A stretch of DNA of 64,000 nt from Raillietiella orientalis. Its lineage: Eukaryota. The stretch lies in assembly GCA_036172245.1 (NCBI GenBank), contig JAYWIR010000029.1, positions 558,001-622,000 on the forward strand. Reading direction: 5' to 3'. A model generated the notes under the pieces. The model was not told the origin of the DNA and ran no database searches. It worked only from the letters and a program-made list of their open reading frames with translations. This document shows positions 1 to 11,849 of this stretch, one piece after another. A program made the position numbers and the translations under genes. Each line of letters starts with the position of its first letter. Position 1 is the stretch's first letter.

Positions 1-249
1 CTTGAGAAGGAGTGGTAATCAGGACTCAAGGTCTCCCAGCACGCTCATTTGATTTCCACTTTAAGCAACAGTTGGTCAACATTCTGTCGGAAAATTTCTT
101 TTTACGAGCTTCGAACGCTGGACTTTCTGTTCTTTTCCTGATTGATAAGCCGTTTCAGCAGACGCGCATGAATCATGCGCTTCCTTTACCAGGGGTTCCA
201 TCGCATCTTTACTTGTGGGCTGAACTGAAGGTTGATACTGGGGTCTGTC

Positions 250-850
250 AGGGGAATAGGCAGTTCTGGAGGTGCATCTAGCAGATATTTCCGTTGCACC
301 GAATGTTTTGAGGACATTCCCTCACCAGACATGCGTAGCAGTGAAGGGATTCCCAACTCTTCGGTGGTGCAGTTTCCACGATCCTAGCGATCCAACGAGG
401 ATACTGCGAACCTGCGATCTCCTCAGACCCCCTCGAAGGACATTCGGAGAGCAGTTTCTCGGTATTTCTTCTTGTTCTCCCGAGTCACTCGGAATGCGAG
501 TGTTCGAAAGGGCATGCCACATCCAGAATTATTGTTTGGTCCCTTGTTTTGTAACAGTTGAACCTGGTAACGGTTGAAAATTTACATCCGGAACTTCCTA
601 TCCTCCTGATGTCATTTCCCATTCTCTGTTCGTCGCCCTCACGATGCGGTCGTCGATGGCGCCGTGTCCATTGTGGGAATAGGCGAGAGTGCCGCCTGCA
701 ATGGTTAGCGATCTGCGGCATTGTCTAGCCCCACTCCATGCATCAGCGATATCTTCCGCGTTCACCTTGTCTTCTGGCTGCTCCTCTTATTGGCAGCAGT
801 CAGGCGAGCCTCACGGATGAGTTTGCAACAAACAACCACAGGAAAATAGG
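250..850 (-). mobile_element. Decayed 3' portion of an RLE-type non-LTR retrotransposon (Utopia/NeSL-like): CCHC knuckle plus restriction-like endonuclease
   Basis: Minus-strand frames give KLIREARL..LLPIRGAARR, xTMPQIANHC...HGAI, IILDVACPFE and ILVGSLGSW in the order known for NeSL/Utopia C-termini (FIHRARLNxxPxNG, ETLPHxLxHC..RHNAI, iDVxxPFE, VGALGSW). Stops and frameshifts are present. Confidence 0.7.
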
Positions 851-1049
851 AAATGTGAGGATGGCAGGACTTTGTTTTGTTCTGATAGGGGTGTTCTTTT
901 GTGAGTTTCCGACGTCTTCCCCATAGAGTTGTTCGCACGATGGATACTGCCTTCCTCCTCTTATTTCTATTGAAAGTATCTACATCCGCGATGCGTACAT
1001 CTTCGAGTGACGCTGTATGCTGCTGCCCTAGGGTAAATCTTCTCCACCG

Positions 1050-3100
1050 AATCCCAACAAAAGGTTCGGCACACCTTGACCAGGATAGCGGAGGCGTTCC
1101 CAGAGCACATCACGCCTCCCACTTTTCACGCCAAGTTCCGTGTTTCCGGCGAGCAGCAATTCGCCCTGCGGCACCTGGAGCACAAGGACTTGCACAAGGA
1201 CAGCAGAAATTGCCACGTCCTTTGCGCATTCGCGGGACTGCGGGAGAACGTGGCAGCAGGTCCCGCTAGTGCACTCATCTCTCACTATCGGAGGTACTTG
1301 CACGCCCACTTGCATCTACTCCACGAAATGACGACCAAAATTAAGGAGGAGAGGCATCTTCGGGAGCTGCTCCATGAAAGCAGGATAAGGTTGCCGCCGA
1401 AAAATGGCGATCTAATGGAAGTCAGGCAGTGGCTACCCATATCCATCCTGACATGGATGCCAAGTAGTTGGACAGGGTCTGGATCCCTTCTTGAAGGAGG
1501 TCATGCTGTCGCCCATCTCTTCCATATAGATATGCTCTATGCCTGGTCGGCACATGTCTGACAACGGGAAGTACCCCAGACTACCGTCAGTTTCAGCCAA
1601 TACTTCGGCGACAACCCGGTGCTGACCTTCACTGACATGGAGAGGGCACTCGACACTGCGGACCATGGGAGGCTCTGGAGAGTTTCGGGCAAGGTGGGTT
1701 TCCCACAGTACTGCGTCGAGTACGTGCGGATGACCCTGATCGAGGTCCACTTCACAATCAAGGTCAACGGGTGCGAGACGGGGGAAATCTGGACAGAAAA
1801 GGGAGTCCCTCAAGGAGACACCCTCAGTCTCGTGTTCTTCGTCATCGATACGAAGGCAGTGTCGTCCATTACTGCTCCAAGTACTGACTATCGATGGCCA
1901 ACGTCCGACTCACCTGGAGCACGCACATGACCTTCCGTTCTTTGTAAAAGAGCTTCCAGAAGGATCCGAAGGCGTTGCTAGAGATCGTCAGATCAGTAGG
2001 CTAAAAAATAAGCGCTTAAAAAGTCGAAAATCTTGCCCGTAGGGTTTCTGTACCTCACCGCGTTGAAGGACGAGGGTTTCCAAGAGGTGGACACTATCAA
2101 CCACCTTGACAACATTTCCTCACAAGCGACCCAATGGATGAAGGCTCTAGGAAAAATGATGGAAGACAACACTCAGTGCAGCCGGGTTCCTTTGGCTTGG
2201 AGAAGAAGACCAACTCGTGGAGCAGCGAGGTGCTGCTTCCCGAGAATTTCTTCTGGGAGACCTCCTATTCTCTGAAGCCGGAACAGAAACAACAAATGGA
2301 AAGGATCCAATACAACTCGCCGTGGAACAATCATAGGCCTCGATTGAAGCTGAAACACATGTGTCTCCTGGGAAATGAAGTCGATTGACCGGGCAATCTA
2401 GCTCACAAATGCTCAGCAACTCCTGGAAGCCACAAAGAAATGGAATGATTGGTCCTACGCTGATCACAGCGCCTACCGCAAGCTGCTGCATGAATCCAGT
2501 GGAACGATCTCAAACCTGGTGAGCAAGGACGATCGGTGGATTCGTTCGATCCCATATGGTTGCAAAGGAGGCAGCGTCCAGAAGCAAGAAAATCTGGGAC
2601 GAAGAATTGGCTTTCTTCTCTGTCCCACTGCCGTGGGTCACGGTGCAGTGGATTCGCCGGAGACCACATCTAAAGACTGGACACTGCGAACAGTTCGTCA
2701 CCAGTGTAAATATCGTTGTGCGATGCAGTTGTTCCAGTGCATGACGAAAATGACCCACCTGAACACGGAACTCTGCAAAGGAGAAGACAAATGGCCTAAG
2801 GTTCATGAAGTATCCAATCGGAGAGACAGCACCACCAGACCGGACACGGAGGAGGAAGTGCGTATTGGGGCAGCTCACTGTTTCCGCATGACGCAAATCA
2901 GCTGCAGAGAGATCGGCGTGGGCAATCCAGAGGACGGAGTTACCACCGGACACAGTACATGGCCTCCTGCTTTTCTACCACGGAGGTCTCTTGTGAGGTT
3001 CCCGACTCCAATCCTCACAGGGAGAAATCAAGACGATGCCTGCAAAGCGCGTGGAGATCGTGAAATTCAACAACACAGGCTCCCCTAATGGACGCTGACC
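1050..3100 (+). mobile_element. Decayed L1/Tx1-like LINE ORF2 (reverse transcriptase and C-terminal region)
   Basis: LPPKNGD..QWLPISIL (~1390-1450); DMERALDTADHGRLW..GFP..KVNG..GVPQGDTLS (1619-1850) matches RT motifs DxxKAFDxVxH and GVxQGDPLS; ENFFW thumb-like motif. Many frameshifts and deletions. Confidence 0.75.
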
Positions 3101-3629
3101 GACGACGGGAACGCAGCTCGACAGGTGGCAGACCTGCGGACGATGTTGCCTGAGTGGGATCCTGAGTAGAATCCTGAGTGGAATCTTCCACAAGAATCAA
3201 TGGTCCCAGAGTACAACCATATTGTGAGGGCGATTTTCGCATTCTCCAAGGTCGTAAGAAGCTCATCCAAGGGATAAATGTGCCGGCAAAGGAGATCATG
3301 ATTGGACTGCTGATGAAGCAGATAGGCATCCGAAACTGCGGAAAGGCGCCTACATGGACACTCGGGTATATCTTGCGCAAACTACAGATGGTCCGATGGG
3401 TGGGTGCAAAGCAACAGCGACTCCCCTCCTTATGCTCCCTCAAGTGACAATCCAGAGCGAACTGCGTTAGGAAGGAACTTCGGACATGTGACACGCAGTG
3501 TGGACTCCAGTGCAAGATGCATTGTTACGCAAATGCTGTTCAAACACAGCTAGAAGTTCCTTGAAAACCTGTTGAGCTTGTTGTTAGAAATTGTTGGCAG
3601 CAAAATTCAATCGCTTTTTGTACCTGGGG

Positions 3630-5450
3630 GGAATGTGATGTTTCCAAAAGGGAAGCTAGAAAAGTGGACCTTACAACCGATATCTTTCACAATTAGTGCC
3701 AGAAATCAGACTGTCAGACCTCGGAACGTGGTGTAGGCTTCCAACTACTAGTACACCGAGCTTCTCAGCAAAAGATCATTCGACCAGGGAGGAAAGAAGA
3801 GGACCCTGCGCTGCGTCCTGAAAGTGACTCGGCTCCGCTCAACAGCAAGACCTGGGCCAAGACTGCAAGGACAAAGAGCTCAAGTCAGCTTTTCAGGAAC
3901 TCTGGAAGGACGCGCAAGATGGTCTTGATGGTGTGCTGCTACCCACCATCAGCGGTAATTTCCAACCTACCTGCGTCTGTTCCAGTAGCTGCTGTCCCAA
4001 GTCCAAAAGGAAAGGCACACCAGGTAGTTACTTGCCCCCTTCCATCGAAGCAGGATGATACATCTCATCCCAAAAGATGGCTATTTGAAGTCAGTCACCC
4101 AGTGGAGACCCATCTCCGTCCCAAACTCCGACGCCAAGTGGATGGCCAAGATCTGGACCAAGCATCTGAAGAAATGCATCGGACACGTGATTTCTCCCAC
4201 AAGAACGCGTGGTATCTCTGGAAGATACGTGTGGGAGAACGTCGAGTGATCGCAAGCCCTCCTAGGATACAGTCGCAGCTTAGGGAACGATCTGGTGCTG
4301 AGCACCACCGATCCAAGAAAACCTACTAATGTTTTACCATCTAGAAATCCTGTGCGGAATAAGACTTTAATACTGGGTGGAGAATCCAGTATTAAAGGAC
4401 GATGGATGGAAGGATGATGGACGATGCCCAGCATTCAGGGGAAACGAAGATGACCTTCATCTCTAAACCTGCCGAACCCTAGTCCGAGACTGGAAAATGG
4501 CGAAGTGGTGACTGAACCAGAAGCCCTGACCAAGATGGCAATCATTCGAGGATAGAAATCTTTCGATCCTCGAAAGTAAAGTGAAGTTCTCCAGGAACAA
4601 CTCCGTGACGAGGACGTCCACAGCATCTTTGGTTTGGAGCACCTTCATGAGAAGAACAGAACTCCGGGATGGTGTACACGTGGCAGCACGGAAACATCCT
4701 AACAGGTCTCCTGGAAACAGAGATTGGTATTAGAGGCTGCATCAAAGATGTAGAAAGTGTAGCGTCAGAAAGTGTAGCATGGACTATACGCTACACTTTC
4801 TGGAAAGTCCAAGACGCTGACGCTAAGTGCAACGCTCGAAAACTCCCTTACTCCTTTCTGGTGAATCCGTGCGAAGCAGGAACAGTTTTTTTTTTCTTGG
4901 TCCGTGAGGTGAGAAACTCATGGGAATCTCTTTTCCTTTCGTACTTTTGCTATCGAAATGAATTTACACCACCACTGGTCGGACCGAGGGAAAGATACTT
5001 CGAAGAGGACGGATAAGTGAGCCAAGTCATTAATTGGTCCGACTCAATCGATCTCATCGTCACGAACGTGTACGTGCCTAGAGGCGCTGAGAGATGCACC
5101 AAGCGAACAATACTTTGGTGTCCTCCGGAGCCAGTGTCTCAGGAGCATCAACTCCAGAGTAGTTCACCTCATTGCTGAAGACTTCAGCGTCCAATTTTCC
5201 TCAAATGAGAGCAGATCTCTAAGGCAAAGGTTGAAAACGAGCTGTGCATGTCTGTGCACACGAGCAGCTTGCTAGCTGTCGAGCCTAGGAAGACTTCCGG
5301 GATCATGTCTTCCTTGATGAGCACCTGCTCTCTTGGACAGTGAGGAATACAATTTCCTGCTGGGAGGAGTCCTCTAATGCCTATGCAAAGTCGCGACAGC
5401 AAAAATCTACACCAAAATGGACCAGACAATCAGGGATCATTCATCTTTGT
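3630..5450 (+). mobile_element. Additional L1/Tx1-like ORF2 fragments (RT start, linker, APE endonuclease)
   Basis: MFPKGK..LQPISF (~3640); LIPKDG..QWRPISVPNSDAKWMAKI (4055-4249); LENGEVVTEPEAL linker (~4490); NVYVP (~5065) and LIAEDFSV (~5170) APE-like motifs. Confidence 0.65.
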
Positions 5451-7871
5451 CAGGATGACAACGAGAGTTGTCTGCACAAGAAGGAACTTTCCAGCATCCT
5501 CGGCAGGCTACAGAGGACGCCAAGTAGTCTGACTTTCTGTGCCCCTTCCCTCTTGAAAAAATGACTCCTTTATTCTTTAGTTTTCATCCTTTTTTTTTGT
5601 CTCATCTTCACCTTCGTGGACTTTACTGGATAGACTGCTTGAGAGCAGAGAACGCCCCCTGCAATCCGAACAATGTTGTGAGAGTTATAACTCCACTACG
5701 AAATATGGTAGTGTGCCCCCCGCCAAACCCAGCTGGTAAACTGGTGTATTGGAAAATGCAGGCAAAACTCCGGAAGATATCCCTTAGTGAGATCCACTCC
5801 TGAAGTTCGTGAATGGGAAGGCTGGGCAGGAAGCTTCAGAGTTACGGAGTAAGTGGTTTAAACAGGCCACTAGCATCCGTTACAGACTGAATCGGGAATA
5901 CCTGCCTGGGGACGAGCCTAGGATGGTATGTGTCAGGATAGACTGCAGTCGACCTCGACAGTCTACTTCTGCGTGCAATTAGTTGTCAAGGTAGGTGCGA
6001 TGCACTACGCTTCTTGACCCAGACTAGAAAATCCAAATTCTTGAGTTAATGGGGGAGAAGAGTTCTCTGATGTGTCCTCATTGTACCTCCCGAGCAGACG
6101 GGCATTGAAATTTTCCAGCCTGAGGTGTGCCAAATGAGGCCTTGATTTAGTGAGCCCTTGTTTACCTTGTGTATTGAGAACGCAGGATGTTCTTTATAGT
6201 GACTAGTACGGTTGAGTCCCGGCTCATACGTAATGACAAATACAGTCGAGGAGGACCAGTTGACAATCAACTGACGGACTCATTCAAAGAGAGTGCTTGC
6301 TATCACATACTAACACAGGTACGTGGTAACAAGCAGGAACCTCAGTATGAAACCCCTTATGAGAGACTGGAGACCTCACTGATAGTATAACATTGACTCA
6401 GTTACCTCTTCAGTGTCCTCGATCGCTTCCCTAGAGATCTTGAAGACCTCTTGGAGGAAGACAAGTTTGAAGAGGCACAGTTAGCTGATGATAACGCGGC
6501 CTCTCTCACGTTGAGATGTCTACGGGTTCATGCACAAGCAATAAGAAGAAATCCCTCTCGTTAACGATAGGAAAGCAAAGGTGAGTGTTCTGCAACGTCT
6601 GCGGGGGCGCTTCTGCGATAGGGAGGAATCGATGGCTTTCCTTGCCTCCACTTCTTTTCCATTGTTTTTCTCGTTGAAGGACTCCGTGGCGAAATCCTCC
6701 GCAGCATCCAATGGGTCGGTTTCCTCTATCGACATATCGTAGGTTTGACCCCATCCCTGTTTCCAGACCTCTGATGACTCTCTCATGATGTAAGGGGACG
6801 TCCCCCTCCTTGTGGACAGTCTTGGTTTTCATCTCTGAATCGGCGATCGAGGCTCATGCCACCTCGTACAGCAGTTTTCGGAGCATCTTCTTGCATCCAG
6901 ATGCCTCACTGACGGCTAATAGTCATCTGTGCCTTGCGTGCAACCTCGGGGAGACCAAATCGCTCCCCAGAGGAAAGGAAATGAAGCATCACCGGAAAGC
7001 TGCTGTGTCATTGGTGCAACAGAGGGCACCTCCATACTCGAGCTTCATCCTCCCCTAGACACTGCTGTTTTGTTGCTGGGAAGCTTGGCCTACTTTTCAC
7101 TCTGTTAGGGACTCTAACGTCGCTCCTTGTTTACTCTCTTGTTCAAGTGGACAATCTGGATGCCTCCGTTTGTTCCTTAGAAAGAATGTTCAGGCTTAGG
7201 TTTGTCGACTGGCAATGATAGCGGGTTGCCTAATCTTTCCGGTGATTTCCGGGATTGCTCCGAGAGACCCTCTGCTACTCTGATGTCCTTATATTCCCGC
7301 TCCAATTATCCCTCGGTGCACGAACAGCTTACGTTCCTCAGTGATATTCCAAACCTCAAAAACTTAGTCTGAAACCTTCCAGGCAAAGAAGAAATCTGTT
7401 TTACACAATCTCATGTGTTAAAAACACCATCTGGCGATCTCGAAGAAAGCTGTTATCACGGAAGGCTGAGGTCTGTTACATTCACCTGAAGAGTAAGAAA
7501 CTTCGTCCTATAAAGCGTATCGTTAGAATATGGAGTGTTTTCTGATCTTAGATGTTCCCCAAAGAATTTGACAATTGTGAATTCCACTTTCTTTTTCCCT
7601 TCGGGTGACAAATGGGTGTGCTGCGACAAGAAAGTTGCATGTTGACGGTATAGCCGTGGTGATGGCCTTCTAACGCGAAGGTGATGTGCTGCCGATTGTG
7701 CTGAAGATGTGATATCTAAACGAGGAAAGGAACTTTCAGTACTTGTATGAGTTATTCATGTGATTGCTAAAATTCTTTCGTTGGTTTCGAATAATGATTT
7801 CTTGATCCGTCGTTGGCTGGGAAAGTTCTTAACCTGTAAGACTTCTGAAAGCTTTGTTGGTATGCTTCGAA

Positions 7872-9617
7872 ATGCCACCTCCGCAAATCTGCTGCCGCAT
7901 AAATAGTGAGGAGCTAGAAAAATTCAAAAATAACTTAATAAACTCGGTGGAAAGTCAGAATCCCGAAATCGAAAATGAGTTAGAAACCCATATTTGGGAA
8001 TTCATTTCCAAAGTGTTGATTTTTGTCCCTCCAGATTTAGAGCAGGAACTTCATCCATCAGATTTTCAAGATTTTTGCAAAATATGGCCTCAAGTTTTTC
8101 AGCACATCGATCAGTATTTACAGTTTCTTCAAAATCATGTGAATTGCTCTTCTGAAAATAAGGTTGTACATAAGTCTAAGTAAGTTGTCACTGTAAAATC
8201 ATCTAAATAATTGCAAACAATGCAAGAATGTCATTTGTGAGCATGTTTCTTTCAAGACAGCACGTACATAAGAATTTCATGTATTAAAAGTCAGATAGCA
8301 ACGACAAGAATCTTCATTTGTGTCTAGTTTTATTTATAATATTTGGAAGTTGTTTTACACCATCTAGGTAGCTAGATAGGTAGATATATCCATATCTTTG
8401 TTTTTAGGCATGTACTTTCAACTGTGCTCATTCTCGTTGGTGAACACATTCGTGAGAATGTTTGGACTTCAACTTACTCAGTAATGGCCAGTTCACGTGT
8501 GCTGGAAACGTTAATCTCCATCATGGGGGTTAAAACATTTAAAGAAGTCATATTATATCCAAAGAATCAACCCTTACACAACAAAATCGTATGGCATATG
8601 CTTACAACTTTGAAAAGAAGACTCTTAAAGAATACATGGAAATCACATCCAGGATCACTAGCTGTGTTGAATTGGATATTGGAGGTTATTACGGTAATTA
8701 GGCCTTTTTTTTGGTGGGGAGGCACATTACAAATTCATTCCAAATACAGTATCCAGAATCAGCAGAAGTTTTGGACATGACATTTCCTCCCATTTTGTTT
8801 TTATTGGATGATTTTTTGCCTGTCAATCAAATACAAGGGATCACCCTAACTGGTTATTTAATCCAATCTATAGTGAGAATATGGGATTGTTGACTCCTTT
8901 GTAGCTTTTCTAAACAGACAGCTGCAGAATTACGTATGACAGGCAGAGCTGAAGTATTGTTTGCAGCCTTAAATCGTTTGGGATACATGCAAGATGTGGA
9001 AGTGCAGCAAGCTTTGTATCCACTACTGTGGCAAGTATTGCAAATAACCTACTCTAGAGATAGCAGTAAATATGTGAGTTCTTGCTTGAGTTTTTTTTTG
9101 TTCTTCAACATGTCTATTCTTTTTCACAGCAAGAAGAGATGGATAAAGTAGTACAAAGATTGCTGCAGAAGTTGGAATTTGATGCTGGCTCTAAAAGTCA
9201 ATTGTGTTCTCTTAATATATTATGCAAATTGATACCTGTGTTAGGTACTAATACAATTTATTGGACAAAAAGATTTCTGCAAGCACTTCAAACTGTTTTA
9301 GAAGGTGGTAACATCCCAGTGCAGCATCTTACCCTTCAGGTAAGGTGCTTTAGTCATTCTGATGACATAATGTTACTCTTTAGGTTTTGAAACAACTAAT
9401 CAGAGAAGCATGGCCACGTATGACTGTTCATTGTGAAAAAATTGCAATGCTTTGCTTGCCCTTAGTTGTTGATGTTGGTCCCACTCATGACCCTGATATA
9501 GCAAAAGAAAGCCTCATTTGCTTGAAATTATTGAAAGAAGTAGCAGCACCTGCTTTTGAAATACTTTTAAAAGATATGGATTGGGAGTTTTATCCCCTTT
9601 TACAGGAGTTACGTTGA
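7872..9617 (+). CDS. TTI2: TELO2-interacting protein 2 (TTT complex subunit), 6 exons
   Basis: Exons ~7872-8179, 8408-8693, 8750-8872, 8918-9073, 9131-9339, 9384-9617 with GT-AG introns. Motifs WKSHP..LNWIL, PPILFLLDDF..QIQGI, AAELRMTGRAEVLF and EAWPRM match the TTI2 family. The start codon is uncertain. Confidence 0.82.
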
Positions 9618-11849
9618 TATTATGAAAGTCATAAACTATTTTTCAGGAACAAGTTTGAATTACTTATCTTGACCTAGTTTCATATTGTAATAACTTATAT
9701 GCTTTGAATATAAAACTGGAAAGACAGGAATAAGATATGCTTCATAAGTTTCTCATGAATTATCCATATTTAACTGAATAATCCATATACGCTTTTATTG
9801 CTGCCTCTGCTTTTTCAGTAATGAACATGTTTGCTCCATGATTACTGTTACAGTACAATACATGTATATTAAATATTTCTATGCTATGGAACAAGTTCCT
9901 TCCTTGTTAGATATTTATTTGCTTTCCAGTTTGAGAATTTAGGAATGTTACCTAAAACAAAACTGAAAAATTCTTGATTTGAAAACAAATGTTTTGTATT
10001 TCTTTGAATAGTTTGATTATACGATGTTTTCAAGAAGTACCAGGATTGGCAAGCAGCACCTCAAACAATTTCAAAGATAACTTGTTTTTATAATCATGGA
10101 TTGCAATGGTTTGCAGATAGGAAACCTGAATTGTTAAGAAATAAATCTTGCCATCATGTTGCTCAAAACCACAATATTCAGCAGTAGCTGGCAATAGTGT
10201 GAATCAAGAAACATGAAATAGAGGTCTCTGGTTTTATGGAATTCGAATTTACACTTAATTGGGAAACCTGTGCATTTAAATTTAATTTCCATACCATTGA
10301 CAAGATGTGTTTTGAGGCTGTTTATTTTAATTAAAATTATTGAGAAGCTTTCAGGATTATTTTTTATACTGCGTAGAGCATAGCTCCGCTCATTAAAAGA
10401 AATTCTTTTGTTGGAGCACATATTTTTGCAGTACACAGATCTCTACCACTTGGTGGACTGCTTCAGTTGACTTTGGTTTCTTTAGTTTTCAGTGTGTTCA
10501 TACTTTGATGAGGTGAAAGTCATCTCATTTTTCTAAGTTTTCCTGTTGACGGAAGCTAGTAGATTTCTTTCACTTAGTTCTCTATTAAATAAAGAGTATC
10601 CGAAATGGCAGAGAAAGATTTGAAGTTGTGTTGCAGATATCGTCCTGAATCTAGAGCCCTTGCGACTTGGGAATGACCTCATCTTATAGACGGAATGAGA
10701 GGAATTCTACTCCTACGACCCCTATGCGATGGAGAATCTATTGAACCCTATGAAAACCTATTGTACCCAATTGCCTACGTAGTCTTGTGAAATGTTTGCT
10801 CTCATCTTTGCTAGAACTGTGATGCCAGTTCCTTGTATGCTAACATCAGCTTGAACATGAATAATGTACCTTATCGCGCTGTAGTTATTAACACCAACCA
10901 CTCTCTGAAAACTTTAAAAACCTGCACACTGCTCGTGAAGTCGGTCTCCACCGGCCAAGACGACGAAGCTCAAACTATGCGGTGATTCGAATGACCGTTT
11001 GCGGGCAATGCTCGTTTCAGAGCAGAATTTTTTGCATACCATCTCGAAGGAAAATATAAATAATAAATAATATACTCACAGGGGCTTATAATGTGGACCA
11101 AACAATTTCCACTTTCATAGAAAAATTCGAAACTTGAAATCGCTACATCATTTACAATTTGCCATGATTTGAAAAATTGAAAAAAAAAATAAATCCTTCT
11201 TTACTGAAAATTTGCTGAAAATTCTAGAAGATGAAAACTCTTCAGAATAAAGGAGTATTTATTTTGAAGAGTTTTCAGTAACTTTTTAAAATATTTTTTT
11301 TGCCTTTTTTTAAATATAGATTTCATTAGTACGATCATTCACTTAAACCAGACTCATCATCCATACCATTGACATGTGCTTGGAATTCTATCTATTCATG
11401 TGTCCACTATGAAGGATTTAATCTGTGTACGACTAGACAGATTCCAAATTACTCTTAAATTCAATACAAAGGTATGCGAGCGATCAAAGTTTTCATTCAA
11501 AAATTGTCCGTTTTCATCCTTCGAATTCAAGGGCCAATTACGTATACTAGATTTAGAATCGACTTCAGCTTCCTTCAAATTACTGACTTCTCAGTGAAAT
11601 TACACCTATTACACCTAGTAGTCATCTTATACTTTCATATACTTTACTATTGTTTTTGAAAATTATCATTGTCTCAAATTGCTTGCCTAAAAAATCATTA
11701 TGTACTCCACAATTCAATTGCCAAAATGTAATCATTTTGCCGTTATAATTTAGTACTCTATAAAGTTCTCTTTTCTCAAAATGTTGAAAGAGGAATAAAT
11801 ATTTATAAGCATCATACTGATTTCATGATCTCTCATATTCTCTCATTTC

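Noticed and set aside
3304..3342. Hammerhead-like CTGATGA...GAAA (also CTGAAGA..GAAAC near 7485)
   Set aside because: No stem II closing pair and no convincing stems I and III.
5800..7100. Possible env-like or LTR-element coding remnants
   Set aside because: No motif series could be followed with confidence; left as unclassified debris.
10606..10985. Stop-interrupted ORF (MAEKDLKLCC..HLIDGMR)
   Set aside because: Three in-frame stops and only a vague gag-like resemblance; not assignable.
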